Positions 1-10,067 of a stretch of 64,000 nt of DNA are shown here, piece by piece. The translations under genes were made by a program, and so were the position numbers. Below the pieces are notes generated by a model that saw nothing but the letters and a program-made list of their open reading frames with translations, ran no database searches and had not been told where the DNA came from. Position 1 is the first letter of the stretch. Each line of letters begins with the position of its first letter. The stretch is from Candidatus Glassbacteria bacterium (GTDB lineage Bacteria > Gemmatimonadota > Glassbacteria > GWA2-58-10), in assembly GCA_019456185.1 (NCBI GenBank), contig VRUH01000006.1, positions 26,113-90,112 on the forward strand, read 5' to 3'.

Positions 1-290
1 ACCACCTCCCCGCTATCATGGTCGGTGAGCCAGAAGAATTCCTCCCCGTCCTCCTCAACCAGAGTCAGCCCGTGCGCGCCGGGGAAACGGTCGCCCCAGG
101 AGCGCAGGAGGCTGCCGCCGCGGCCGAAAAACAAGACCGCCGGGTCTGCCTGGTTGAACACGATCACCTCGCCCGCCCGGTTGACCACCACTCCGTGGGT
201 GCGTCCGTTCGCACGTCCGCTGCCATTCTTGGGAATCCTGGCCCAGTTTTCGATCCACTCGTAGCAATGCTCACCGCCACCGATTTTCAT
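1..290 (-). CDS. NHL-repeat / beta-propeller protein (N-terminal part; runs off the window start)
   Basis: Not in the ORF track. Manual translation from ATG at 290 (GGAG upstream): MKIGGGEHCYEWIENWARIPKNGSGRANGRTHGVVVNRAGEVIVFNQADPAVLFFGRGGSLLRSWGDRFPGAHGLTLVEEDGEEFFWLTDH. The HGV/HGL spacing and WLTD are typical of NHL repeats. Confidence 0.7.
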   Translation of the reverse strand, partial: MKIGGGEHCYEWIENWARIPKNGSGRANGRTHGVVVNRAGEVIVFNQADPAVLFFGRGGSLLRSWGDRFPGAHGLTLVEEDGEEFFWLTDHDSGEV

Positions 291-319
291 GGTCCCGCTC
301 CAGTAGGATAATTGATTCT

Positions 320-338
320 GCGTATGATTATCATTCGC
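320..338. promoter_or_regulatory. Possible Fur-type box
   Basis: Minus-strand GCGAATGATAATCATACGC matches 14/19 of the GATAATGATAATCATTATC consensus, 30 nt upstream of the NHL gene start. Confidence 0.3.
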
Positions 339-478
339 CACAGATAGCAATTTAAGGAATCGGCGACTCTCTGCCAAGTCAACATAAATGCCCAACAGGT
401 TGCCCATGCAAACCTGGCAACCGCCAGGCCGGTTATCTTAGTACCTTTTTCCACTTATCCGAAGATTCCAACTCACTC

Positions 479-506
479 TTGACTCTTTATCAATATGCCT
501 TATAAT
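479..506 (+). promoter_or_regulatory. sigma70-type promoter
   Basis: TTGACT-N16-TATAAT upstream of the 537..713 ORF and the SRPBCC gene. Confidence 0.6.
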
Positions 507-536
507 CAGATGTAGAGCAGTAATATACAACGCTTG

Positions 537-713
537 ATGAAGCTCGACGCCAAGGAATCCGCGCAAAAATATTCGCGGGAACACCTGAACATTGAGCATA
601 TCGAAGGGCGGCCCTTTGCAGGGGTTGTTCCTTTCAATTTCGGCAATCGGACAACTCTTGGCCGCGGTTTGACAGATCGCCGGAAACTCTATGCCGGCTC
701 TTTAATCTCCTGA
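537..713 (+). CDS. Possible 58-aa small ORF
   Basis: MKLDAKESAQKYSREHLNIEHIEGRPFAGVVPFNFGNRTTLGRGLTDRRKLYAGSLIS*. Its stop overlaps the next ATG (TGATG). No recognisable family. Confidence 0.25.
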   Translation: MKLDAKESAQKYSREHLNIEHIEGRPFAGVVPFNFGNRTTLGRGLTDRRKLYAGSLIS

Positions 714-1186
714 TGCTGGATACTGAACGTATGACGCATTACAGGCACAGTCTGACTATCGATGCGCCCGCCGGCAGAGTTTACGATGCTCTGACCACGC
801 CCGGAGGTCTGGCCGGCTGGTGGACTGAGGACTGCGATATTGCCCTGGCCGAGGGCGGAAAGTCGATTTTCAGGTTCGCTAAAACCTACAATGTCATGCT
901 GATTGAAAAGCTGGTGCCGGTGAGCGTTGTAGTCTGGAAATGTATCGAGCAATACCACGATGCGTCCGGCCAGCTTTCCCGGCCGGACGAGTGGGTGGGC
1001 ACGACTGTCCGCTTCGAGCTCAGCCCGGTCTCCGAGCGGCGGACAAAGCTCGATTTCGAGCACGTGGGCCTGGTAGCGCAACTGGACTGCTGGGAAATCT
1101 GCGAACGCGACTGGAACTTTTTCCTCGATGAAAGCCTCAAGCCGATGTGCGAAACCGGCACGGGCAAGCCCTTCATTCCTTCCTGA
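713..1186 (+). CDS. SRPBCC/START-like (AHSA1-type) domain protein
   Basis: IDAPAGRVYDALTT..GLAGWW and T.L.FEHVGL...C..CE.DWNFFL.SLK motifs. Alternative start at 731. Confidence 0.85.
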   Translation: MLDTERMTHYRHSLTIDAPAGRVYDALTTPGGLAGWWTEDCDIALAEGGKSIFRFAKTYNVMLIEKLVPVSVVVWKCIEQYHDASGQLSRPDEWVGTTVRFELSPVSERRTKLDFEHVGLVAQLDCWEICERDWNFFLDESLKPMCETGTGKPFIPS

Positions 1187-1187
1187 A

Positions 1188-1427
1188 TCAATTCACCACA
1201 GGGTTGTCGTGCACGTTTCGGCCCCGGCAGTGCCAGATCCGCCGGCTTCGGTTCTGCGGGTGGTCCATATTCAGTTTCTGGTGCTGGGAGAAATAGCGCA
1301 TTGTGTAGCCGGTGCGGCGGATATCCTAGGCTAGCGGTTGGCACCGATCTCGATCCGCTCCTGTTCGCTGGGGCAGGGTCTCCACCGGGGCGCGAGTTCC
1401 CGGCACAGCCGCCACATGGTAAGGATC
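1188..1427 (-). pseudogene. Frameshifted gene fragment of unknown family
   Basis: Two consecutive high-GC3 reading frames (ILTMWRLCRELAPRWRPCPSEQERIEIGANR / DIRRTGYTMRYFSQHQKLNMDHPQNRSRRIWHCRGRNVHDNPVVN) joined by a frameshift and TAG near 1325-1335. No start or RBS. Confidence 0.35.
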
Positions 1428-1604
1428 AACTGTATCAAAGTAATTCGATTTTGATGCTCGCCTCAAATTGACAAGTGTGCAAGAAAAATAACTTGCGGCA
1501 CCGAAAAAGTTCGATTACGCTTTAAACCGGCTGGATTTCTAGTTGCCTCTTATCCAGACATTAATCTCCTGCCCAATACCTTGCCCTCGACGGAGGTTGC
1601 CGCC

Positions 1605-2918
1605 GTGACCAGACAGATCATCCTGAGTTTCTCAGCCGCGCTGATTGCTCTGGCGCTAGCGCTCTCAGCCGTCTGCTCCCAGCAGAGCCAGGCCGGTAAA
1701 ACCACGACTCCAAAAACAGTCACTGTCGCCCAGCAGGGCAAAGCCGACGTTACCGGCCGTGACAACTACGCCCTGCAGCGCGCCGCCGACATGCTCTCCC
1801 CGGGTGATACGCTCGAAATCGGTCCGGGTGAATACCTGATGGACAACGCGCTGGTCATCCCCGTCTCCGGCGTAACCGTCCGCGGCGTGCCGGGTCAGAC
1901 CGTACTGAAGAAAAAGCGCGCGGTGATGAGCCTGATTATCGAGGGCGGCGACTGGGGCGAGGATGTGTTCATTGTCGGGGAGCCGGAAAAATTCTCTGTC
2001 GGGGTTGGCGTGGCGATCCTGGACGACCGCAACCGGCAGGGCTACAGCGTGGTGACGGCCACGATCGAGGATATCCGCGGGGATACGGTGTTCACCAGCG
2101 AGCGCTCGGTCAACGACCTGAACTACGTGGACGGAAACGCCCGGCTGGAAAGTACGTTCCCGCTGCTGGCCGGTTACGAGCTGAGCGATGTCCTGATCGA
2201 GGGTATCACCGCCGACGGGAACAAGGACCAGAACCCGTTCCGTCTCGACGGCTGTCGTGGCGGAGCGATCTACCTGTTCGACTGCAAGAACGTGACTATC
2301 CGCAACTGCGTCGCCCGCAACTACAACGGCGACGGAATCTCGTGGCAGATCACCGACCGGATCACGGTGGAATCCTGCGAATCCTTCGGGCACACCGGCC
2401 TGGGACTGCATCCCGGCACCGGCAGCACCAACTCGGTGATCACCGATTCCCACTCCCACCACAACGGGATTGTGGGCCTGTTTCTGTGCTATCGGGTCCG
2501 CCTGGGCGAGTTCAGGAACAACCTGTTCGAGCACAACGGCCGCTACGGCGTCTCGATCGGCCACAAGGACTCGGACAACTTTTTTGAGAACAACGTGATC
2601 CGCAACAACGGTTTCAGCGGGGTCTATTTCCGCAAGAACCCCGAGAGAGTGGGCGGGCATCGCAACGTGTTCAAAAACAACAAGATCCTGGACAACGGCA
2701 ACGCGGAACGAGGCTATGGGGTCTATGTGGAGGCCGAGAACCAGGGCGAGGTGTTCGAGAATAACGTGATCGCCGAAACACGCACCGGCGGCGAGGCCAC
2801 CCAGCGCTACGGGGTCTATATCGTAAGGGGCACCAGCTCGGTCACTGTCGGGGACAACGAGATGAAGGGCCACTCCGAGGCGGACTGCCACGACGAGAAC
2901 TCGATGGCGCTGAACTAG
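1605..2918 (+). CDS. Secreted right-handed parallel beta-helix (pectate-lyase-like) protein
   Basis: Signal peptide, many Asn-ladder repeats (NNG..GI, ENNVI.NN). GTG at 1605 has GGAGG 8 nt upstream (the track starts at TTG 1581). Confidence 0.85.
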   Translation: MTRQIILSFSAALIALALALSAVCSQQSQAGKTTTPKTVTVAQQGKADVTGRDNYALQRAADMLSPGDTLEIGPGEYLMDNALVIPVSGVTVRGVPGQTVLKKKRAVMSLIIEGGDWGEDVFIVGEPEKFSVGVGVAILDDRNRQGYSVVTATIEDIRGDTVFTSERSVNDLNYVDGNARLESTFPLLAGYELSDVLIEGITADGNKDQNPFRLDGCRGGAIYLFDCKNVTIRNCVARNYNGDGISWQITDRITVESCESFGHTGLGLHPGTGSTNSVITDSHSHHNGIVGLFLCYRVRLGEFRNNLFEHNGRYGVSIGHKDSDNFFENNVIRNNGFSGVYFRKNPERVGGHRNVFKNNKILDNGNAERGYGVYVEAENQGEVFENNVIAETRTGGEATQRYGVYIVRGTSSVTVGDNEMKGHSEADCHDENSMALN

Positions 2919-2940
2919 CCGTAATCGAATACCGGCAAGT

Positions 2941-2972
2941 AAACAGGCCCGCCGGTTTCAGCGGGCCTGTTT
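2941..2972. terminator. Bidirectional intrinsic terminator
   Basis: AAACAGGCCCGC-cggtttca-GCGGGCCTGTTT between convergent genes. Confidence 0.8.
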
Positions 2973-2993
2973 AGTTTAACGATTTGAAAAGTT

Positions 2994-3734
2994 CTACTGC
3001 ATCTCCCGGATCCGCAGTTCGATTCCCTCGGCTCCCTCCAGCAGTGACTGCAGCTTGCCGACCTCCGAGCTGCCATAGTGGTATGGATAGAAAACCTTCG
3101 GGCTGACAGCCCTGGCCGCCTCGGCCGCCATCTCGACCGTCATCGTGTATGGCAGGTTCAGCGGCAGGAAAGCGATATCGATATCACCCAGCTCGTTCAT
3201 TTCAGGTACGTATTCCGTATCACCGGCGATATATACCCTGGTATCGCCGAACGTGACGACATAGCCGTTACCGTTGCCCTTGGGGTGGTATGGCTGGCCG
3301 TTGTCGCGCTTACTGATGATATTGTATGCCGGTACCGCCTCGATCTTCAGTCCCATCACCGTTGCGGACTCACCGTTTTTCATCACCACCGCGCCCTCCA
3401 GTCTGCCCGCCGAGCTGCCGTTGGCAACTATCTCCGTTTCCGGTTTTCGCAGTTTCGCCACCGCCTCCGGGTCCAGGTGGTCGCCGTGCTCGTGGGTGAT
3501 CAGGATCAGGTCCGCTTTGGGCAGGTCCGCATAGTCGGACTCGCGCAGAGTTGGGTCGGCGTGCACCACCAGCCCGCCGTACTCGAACATCAGCGTGCCG
3601 TGTCCGATAAACGTAATCAGCAGTTTTTCCGCACCTGTGCCGATAGTGTCCTTGTCGAATCCGGCGGCCTCCAGCCTGGCAACGCCGCACAGTACAAGCA
3701 CAGTGAACAACGAGAAAATTATCCGGTTCAGCAT
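2994..3734 (-). CDS. MBL-fold metallo-hydrolase (secreted)
   Basis: ITHEHGDH, IAGDT and PYHY motifs; signal peptide from MLNRIIF at 3734. Confidence 0.9.
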   Translation of the reverse strand: MLNRIIFSLFTVLVLCGVARLEAAGFDKDTIGTGAEKLLITFIGHGTLMFEYGGLVVHADPTLRESDYADLPKADLILITHEHGDHLDPEAVAKLRKPETEIVANGSSAGRLEGAVVMKNGESATVMGLKIEAVPAYNIISKRDNGQPYHPKGNGNGYVVTFGDTRVYIAGDTEYVPEMNELGDIDIAFLPLNLPYTMTVEMAAEAARAVSPKVFYPYHYGSSEVGKLQSLLEGAEGIELRIREMQ

Positions 3735-3780
3735 CGTACCCTCCCCTGCCGGGTGAAAAATAGCGGAACAGCCCCCTACC

Positions 3781-6700
3781 CTATTGCCCCGGGGCTTTCT
3801 TTTCAAAGATGGAATAGACCACCGGTACCAGCACCAGGGTGATCAGCGTGGAGCTGATCAGCCCGCCGATCACCGCCCTGGCCAGCGGCACCTGCGTCTC
3901 CGCGCCCTCGCCGATCCCGAACGCCAGCGGGGTCAGGCCCAGGATCGTTGTCGCCGCGGTCATCAGGATCGGGCGCAGGCGGCGGCGGCCGGCCTCCTCG
4001 ATCGCCTCGACCAGTCCCAGCCCGTCGCGGCGGCGCAGCAGGTTGGTGTGGTCCACCAGCAGGATCGCGTTGTTGACCACGATTCCGCCGAGCATGATAC
4101 AGCCGATAAACGACTGCACGTTGAACGTGGTGCCGGTCAGGAACAGCATCAGGATCACACCCACCGCGGCCATCGGCACGGAGAACATCACCACGAACGG
4201 GTCGCGCAGGGACTCGTACTGGCAGGCCATCACCATGTAGACCAGGATCAGCGCCAGGATAAAACTCAGCATCAGCTCTTTGAACGCCTTCTGCTGCTCC
4301 TCGTAGTCGCCGGCGAACACGATACTGAAATCTCGCGGGACCGGCACGGACTCCAGCCGCTCGCGGATATCATCGATTATCGAGCCCATGTCCCGTCCGC
4401 TGATATTGGCGCTGATCAGGGCGATCCGCTCCTGGTCCTTGCGCTCGATCAGCACCGGGCCGGTCCGCGGCCGGACAGAGACCACGTTGCGCAGCACCAC
4501 CTGGCGGCCGTCGCTGTTGGTCAGAGTCAGGTCCAGCACCTCGCCCAGTTCCATCGACTCGGCGTTCTGCATCCGGACCAGGATCCGGAACTCATCGCCG
4601 CCCTCGTGGAAATAACCGGCCGAGGAGCCGGAGAGCACAGTCTGCAGCGTATTGGCGATCTGCGAGACCGACAGTTTCATGTCCGCGGCCTTCTGCCGGT
4701 CGACAATGACAAGTTCTTCGGGCACGCCCAGTTCGCGGCTGATCTGCGCGTCGGTAACTCCCCGCACGCCCTCGATAATCTTCTTGACCCTCAGGGTCAG
4801 CTCGTTGGAAATCTCCAGATCGTGGCCGCGAATCTCCACCTGGACCCGTTCGGTGCCGCCGCTGATAATTCTGAACAGGAACAGGCCCTGGCCCTCGCGG
4901 GTACGGATCGTGACCCCCGGGATATTCGCCAGTTTCTCCCTGAGCACGGCGGCGATCTCCTCGCTGGAGCGGCTCCGCTCGAACTGGGACACCAGCGCAA
5001 CCCGCATGCGGCCCGTGTGCGAACCCTCCACCCGGTAGCCGCTGCCGCCGATACTGGTGACCACGTTCTTTAGTTCAGGTACGTTCTCCCGCACTATCCG
5101 TTCGACTTCCTCGAACTTCTCATCCATCACTTCGACCCTGATGCCCACGTCCATCTCGGCGTCCACCCGCACCTCGCCCTCATCGGCCTTGGGCATGAAC
5201 TCCACGCCGATCAGCGGCACCAGGGCGAAACTGACCGCCAGGGCGCCGGCCGTAACCAGGATCACCATCAGGCGATGGTTCAGGGCGTAGTGCAGCAGGG
5301 TTTTGTATTTACTTTCCAGCTCTGCCAGCACGCCGGAACTGAAAGATGCAAACCTGTCGAACCAGCCGGTGGATTTTTGCTCATCCCGGCTGTACATGCC
5401 CAGGATTTTCGCCGACAACATCGGCACAATGGTCACCGCCACGGCCAACGAACAGAGCAGCGAAAAGCTGACCACCAGCGACAACTGCTTGAACATCACC
5501 CCGCTCATCCCGCGTACGAACACCAGCGGCAGGAACACGGCCAGCGTGGTCAGCGTACTGGCGATAATCGCTGCGGTCACCTCGGCGCTGCCCTCGACAG
5601 CCGCCTCCACCCGGCTCATTCCCGACTCCCGCAGACGGTAAATATTCTCCAGCACCACAATCGAGTTGTCGACCAGCAGCCCGATTCCCAGCGCCAGCCC
5701 GCCGATAGTCATGATATTCAGGGTGAAACCGCCGAAATAAATCAGCGCGAACGTGGCGATAATCGAGACCGGGATCGCGGTGGCGATCACGATGGTGCTG
5801 CGGAAGCTGCGCAGGAAGAACAGCAGGACAATGATGGCCAGGATGCCGCCGTACATCGCCATCGAACCGACATTTGAGATCGACTTGGTGATATATTCGC
5901 TGGTGTCGATAATGGGCGTGATCTTGATCTGCGGGATTTCCTCGTTCAGCCGCTCGATTTCCTCCAGCACGCCGCGCGCTACCTCGACTGTGTTTGTGCC
6001 GGACTGCTTGCGCACCCCCAGACGGACGCCGTTCTTGCCGTTTACCCTCACGATCCGGGTGACGCGTTCCCAGGAATCTTCCACGCTGGCGATTTCGGCC
6101 AGCCGCACCGAAGCGCCATCGCGGAGGACGATTATCGTGTTACGGATCTGGTCGATATCGGTGAAATGTCCCGGAGTGCGGATTGTGACCTCGTACTGGC
6201 CGCGGTCGATTGTGCCGGAGGGCATATTGATATTCTCCGCCCGCAGCCTCCTCAATATCAGGCTCACGGGGATACCCAGCGCCTTGACCTTGTCGGCGTA
6301 GAGGTTGACATGGATTTCCCGTTTCAGGCCGCCCCAGATATCCAGTGCGGCCACGCCCGGCATGCGCTCGATCCGGTACTTGATCCGGTCCTCGATAATC
6401 TGGCGCATCTGCACGGGATCGAGATTACTCGACGCTCCCAGGATCAGGACCGGGAAACTGGCCAGGTCGAATTTGCGCAGGGTGGGACGGTCGGCGTCCT
6501 CGGGGAGCTGATCGACAATCCGGTCCAGGCGGTCGCGGATGTCGTTGGCCCCGGCGTCGATATCAACGCCCCAGGTGAAAGTCACCCGCACGCGGGTGCG
6601 CCCCTCGGATGAAATAGATGTCACCTCTTCCACGCCCGGCACCGAGCCCACGGCTTCCTCGATCGGGCGGGTGATCAGCTCCTCCATCTCCTCGGCGCTG

Positions 6701-6861
6701 GCGTTTTTGTACTCGGAAAAAACTGTCAGGGTGGGGTAGGTGATTTCGGGCATCAGGTCGATAGGCAGGCGGAAAAAAGCCACTCCGCCGATCAGGATAA
6801 CGATCAGCGTTACCATCGTGGTGAAAATCGGCCGGCGGACCGCATGACCGGACAGTTTCAC
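3781..6861 (-). CDS. RND efflux transporter permease (AcrB/AcrD/AcrF family)
   Basis: [26 protein letters not shown] and RLRPILMT motifs, about 1026 aa. True start is GTG 6861, overlapping the adaptor stop (GTGA). Confidence 0.93.
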   Translation of the reverse strand: MKLSGHAVRRPIFTTMVTLIVILIGGVAFFRLPIDLMPEITYPTLTVFSEYKNASAEEMEELITRPIEEAVGSVPGVEEVTSISSEGRTRVRVTFTWGVDIDAGANDIRDRLDRIVDQLPEDADRPTLRKFDLASFPVLILGASSNLDPVQMRQIIEDRIKYRIERMPGVAALDIWGGLKREIHVNLYADKVKALGIPVSLILRRLRAENINMPSGTIDRGQYEVTIRTPGHFTDIDQIRNTIIVLRDGASVRLAEIASVEDSWERVTRIVRVNGKNGVRLGVRKQSGTNTVEVARGVLEEIERLNEEIPQIKITPIIDTSEYITKSISNVGSMAMYGGILAIIVLLFFLRSFRSTIVIATAIPVSIIATFALIYFGGFTLNIMTIGGLALGIGLLVDNSIVVLENIYRLRESGMSRVEAAVEGSAEVTAAIIASTLTTLAVFLPLVFVRGMSGVMFKQLSLVVSFSLLCSLAVAVTIVPMLSAKILGMYSRDEQKSTGWFDRFASFSSGVLAELESKYKTLLHYALNHRLMVILVTAGALAVSFALVPLIGVEFMPKADEGEVRVDAEMDVGIRVEVMDEKFEEVERIVRENVPELKNVVTSIGGSGYRVEGSHTGRMRVALVSQFERSRSSEEIAAVLREKLANIPGVTIRTREGQGLFLFRIISGGTERVQVEIRGHDLEISNELTLRVKKIIEGVRGVTDAQISRELGVPEELVIVDRQKAADMKLSVSQIANTLQTVLSGSSAGYFHEGGDEFRILVRMQNAESMELGEVLDLTLTNSDGRQVVLRNVVSVRPRTGPVLIERKDQERIALISANISGRDMGSIIDDIRERLESVPVPRDFSIVFAGDYEEQQKAFKELMLSFILALILVYMVMACQYESLRDPFVVMFSVPMAAVGVILMLFLTGTTFNVQSFIGCIMLGGIVVNNAILLVDHTNLLRRRDGLGLVEAIEEAGRRRLRPILMTAATTILGLTPLAFGIGEGAETQVPLARAVIGGLISSTLITLVLVPVVYSIFEKKAPGQ

Positions 6862-8030
6862 TCTCCATCCTCCCCCAGCTTGATCGGCGCGCCGTCTTCG
6901 AGCAGATGGTGGCCCAGTTGAACCACCTGGCCCGAAATAGAGGGTTCGATTATTTCCGTCATGGCGCCGGTGGTAATCCCGACTTTGACCGGAACGAACT
7001 CGACCGTCATCTGCTGAGTATCGGCCAGGAACAGGCCCTGGTCGCCGTCGCGACGAGCCAGGGCCGCGGCCGGCACGACAGTGGCGTTCTCGTGCACGCC
7101 GAATGTCATCACCACCCGCACGAACATACCCGGCTTGAGCAGGTTGTCCGGGTTCGGGACCTCGATCTCGGTCCGGGCCTGCCGGGAGGATTCCTCCAGG
7201 CGCGGGGCAATCCTCACGACCTTGCCGGTGAACACCTTGTCCGGGTAAGCGTCGGTGGTGATCGTGGCCTGCATTCCGGTACGCACTTTCGAGTAGTCGC
7301 GCTCGATAACGTGAATCACAGCCAGCAGCGTGCTGATATCGAGGATCGAGACGATCGGCGTGTTCGGAGTCAGCATCGAGCCCTCGTAGCGGAAACGCTG
7401 ACCAATCACCCGCTTGCCGCCGCCCTGCTCGCTGGCTTCCCAAGTGGCCCTGACCCGCGTATACGACAACCGCACCTCCGCTTCCTGCAACTGGGCCTCC
7501 CTCTGGTCCACCTGGGCCAGGGCGACCTCGTAACGGGCTTTCTGGGCCACAAACCGGTCGCTGGCGATATCGTGGTCTACCTCGGCGGCGATATCCTTGT
7601 CGAACAGCGTCCTGACCCGCTCCAGCTCCCGGCGCGACACCGCCCTCGAGCTGCGGGCCTCCTCGAGCGAGGCTTTGCTCACCTCAAGCTCCGCCCTGGC
7701 CCTGTCGGCCTGCAGCGCGTACTCGTCGTCGTCCAGCACGGCGATCAACTGGTTGTACTCCACCTCATCGCCGATATCGACCAGTACGTTTTCCAGCCGG
7801 CCGCCGATTTTCGAGGCGGCGATAAACTGGGAGCGCGGCAGCAGGGAACCGGTGAAATTACCGATATCCTCGATTGCTTTCCGCTCCACCGGCACAAGCG
7901 CGACTGTTACCGCCGGACGCTCGTCCGCCGCCCCGGCTCCTGAACTGAGTATCGCCTCGTAAATCCTCCAGCCACCTACAAGCAGAATAAGTGCCGCAAT
8001 TAATACCGCCGTTTTTTTCATCGACTGCAT
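6858..8030 (-). CDS. RND efflux periplasmic adaptor (MFP) subunit
   Basis: N-terminal anchor, lipoyl/alpha-hairpin pattern, LKPGMFVRV; translationally coupled to the RND permease. Confidence 0.92.
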   Translation of the reverse strand: MQSMKKTAVLIAALILLVGGWRIYEAILSSGAGAADERPAVTVALVPVERKAIEDIGNFTGSLLPRSQFIAASKIGGRLENVLVDIGDEVEYNQLIAVLDDDEYALQADRARAELEVSKASLEEARSSRAVSRRELERVRTLFDKDIAAEVDHDIASDRFVAQKARYEVALAQVDQREAQLQEAEVRLSYTRVRATWEASEQGGGKRVIGQRFRYEGSMLTPNTPIVSILDISTLLAVIHVIERDYSKVRTGMQATITTDAYPDKVFTGKVVRIAPRLEESSRQARTEIEVPNPDNLLKPGMFVRVVMTFGVHENATVVPAAALARRDGDQGLFLADTQQMTVEFVPVKVGITTGAMTEIIEPSISGQVVQLGHHLLEDGAPIKLGEDGE

Positions 8031-8401
8031 CCCTTGCGTTGATCCAATACCGGTTAATGACCTGAATAATAAGAAATTTCCGCCCTAACAGCCGAGAATA
8101 GTTAAGCTAACAGGGATAGTTTCCTCTGGAAATGAAAATCAAACATGGGAAAGGTATCATTATAATTAAGTGAGCTACAGGGCCGCCATTATTCCGTTCT
8201 CCGTACTACAGAGCGAAATATCATACTCTCTCAATCTTGATTATTCTTTCGTTCTGTTGTATCCTTGCTGAGTTTCGATTTCCGCCAAATACAACCTGCC
8301 AAATGCTTTGAAACTGATAATCCGGCGCGATTGCCAGGCAGACGGCGACAGCGGACAGACTGATCTCCATCAAGAGCAGGTACAGGTCCCTCGGAGAGAT
8401 A

Positions 8402-9967
8402 ATGGCGATATTTTATCGAATTGCGTCCGGTGTCAGAAATTTCCTCGGCGGCAGGCAACAGCAGTTGGCCGGCATGTTGATCGGCGCGTCGGTTGTACTG
8501 CTTGCCTTCGCCGGGCTGCGCTACACTTCCAGCGACAGTTTCTGCGTTTCCTGCCACGTCCATCCCGGCGCCGACTCCACCTGGACACTTTCGACCCATT
8601 ATAAAAACGAAAGCGGAGTCATCGTCCACTGCTACGAGTGCCACCTTCCCCCCCCGGGCCTGTACCACCTGAGCGAAAAAGCAAGGATGGGGCTGCGCGA
8701 CGCGTTCAGCACGGTTTTCCGGGACACGGACAAGATCGACTGGGAGGAGCGCTCGGCGTTGTACAACGCTCACACTTACACCTATGACAGCTCCTGCCTC
8801 AGCTGCCATGCCGATCTCTACAGCGTCGGCCTGACCGACAAGGGCGTGGAAGCCCACAAGCATTACGAAAGCCAGCCGGACAAGCTTTACTGTATCAACT
8901 GCCATAAAACCGTGGGCCATTTCCACGAGGCAGCATTGATTGCCGAATCGGATTCGGCCCCGGGACAGAGACCGGCCCGGCGAGTGGAGACAGGCTCCGA
9001 GCTGGCTGGCTACAGCGAGACAATCCCCGGCACGGACGTGACTTTCGAGATGGTGGCGATCCCGGGCGGCCCGTTCATGATGGGCAGCCCGGATGATGAA
9101 CCGCTGCGCGACCAGGACGAGGGCCCCGTGCAGGAAGTGGCTCTCAGTCCGTTCTGGATCGGCGAGACCGAGGTAACATGGAACGAGTTCCGCGCCTATT
9201 TCGACGAGACCTCGCAGCCGGCGCGCAAAGACACGCTCTCCGACCACGTGGCCGACACCAGCTACGTGGACACCCGCACAGGTCCCACGCCCAAATACGG
9301 CTCCCCGGATATCGGCGGCTGGGAGTCGGCCTACTCGATGACCCATCACGCGGCCACCGAATACTGCAAGTGGCTTTCGGAGAAAACCGGCAGGGAATAC
9401 AGGCTGCCCACCGAGGCTGAATGGGAGTACTGCGCCAGGGCGGGCACGCAAACCCCGTATTTCTTCGCGGGCGACCCGGCTAAAATGAGCGCCAGGCCCC
9501 TGCTCAATCGGATCTTCGGTACGGAGGACGGAGAGCTGGCGCGGTTCGTGTTTTTCCGGCGCAACAGCGGCGGCCAGGTGACAAACCCCTACACCAACGA
9601 ACCCAACCCGTGGGGCCTGTACAACATGCTGGGCAACGTCAAGGAGTTCTGCCGCGATTTCTACGCAGCCGACGCCTACTTCCGCGCTTACGAGGGTGCG
9701 CCGGGACTGTCCTCCGGCCCGTTAGTCGACCCCGCCGGACCGCCGACCGGCAGCGAGCACGTGGTGCGCGGCGGCTCCTACCTCAGCGACCCGGCCGATT
9801 TCCGCTCGGCCAGCAGGGGACGTACCGCTCACGACGCCTGGCTGTTAACCGACCCGCACAAACCGAAAAGCAAGTGGTGGTATTCCGACTGCATGGAAGT
9901 GGGCTTCCGCGTGGTCAGGGAGCCGGATGAGAGCGAGGCCGTGATCTCCGCCGGCGGAACGGAGTAA
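8402..9967 (+). CDS. NapC/NirT-type tetraheme cytochrome c fused to an FGE-sulfatase (SUMF1-fold) domain
   Basis: N-terminal TM helix; CVSCH, CYECH, CLSCH and CINCH heme motifs; C-terminal GGPFMMGS, RLPTEAEWEY, NPWGLYNMLGNV and RGGS motifs. Confidence 0.85.
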   Translation: MAIFYRIASGVRNFLGGRQQQLAGMLIGASVVLLAFAGLRYTSSDSFCVSCHVHPGADSTWTLSTHYKNESGVIVHCYECHLPPPGLYHLSEKARMGLRDAFSTVFRDTDKIDWEERSALYNAHTYTYDSSCLSCHADLYSVGLTDKGVEAHKHYESQPDKLYCINCHKTVGHFHEAALIAESDSAPGQRPARRVETGSELAGYSETIPGTDVTFEMVAIPGGPFMMGSPDDEPLRDQDEGPVQEVALSPFWIGETEVTWNEFRAYFDETSQPARKDTLSDHVADTSYVDTRTGPTPKYGSPDIGGWESAYSMTHHAATEYCKWLSEKTGREYRLPTEAEWEYCARAGTQTPYFFAGDPAKMSARPLLNRIFGTEDGELARFVFFRRNSGGQVTNPYTNEPNPWGLYNMLGNVKEFCRDFYAADAYFRAYEGAPGLSSGPLVDPAGPPTGSEHVVRGGSYLSDPADFRSASRGRTAHDAWLLTDPHKPKSKWWYSDCMEVGFRVVREPDESEAVISAGGTE

Positions 9968-10067
9968 TACTTTAACACTTTCGCAATCTCACTTTGTTTG
10001 CTATATTATTAGTAGACACTGATTTGAAATCTCGCAGGCCCTTTTCCATATATTCCGGAGGCGTGCC

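Noticed and set aside
6862-7443. N-terminal 194 aa of the 1220-aa track ORF (apparent giant RND fusion)
   Set aside because: It overlaps the adaptor gene in another frame and is low-complexity Arg/Gly/Pro. AcrB-like sequence begins at GTG 6861, which overlaps the adaptor stop.
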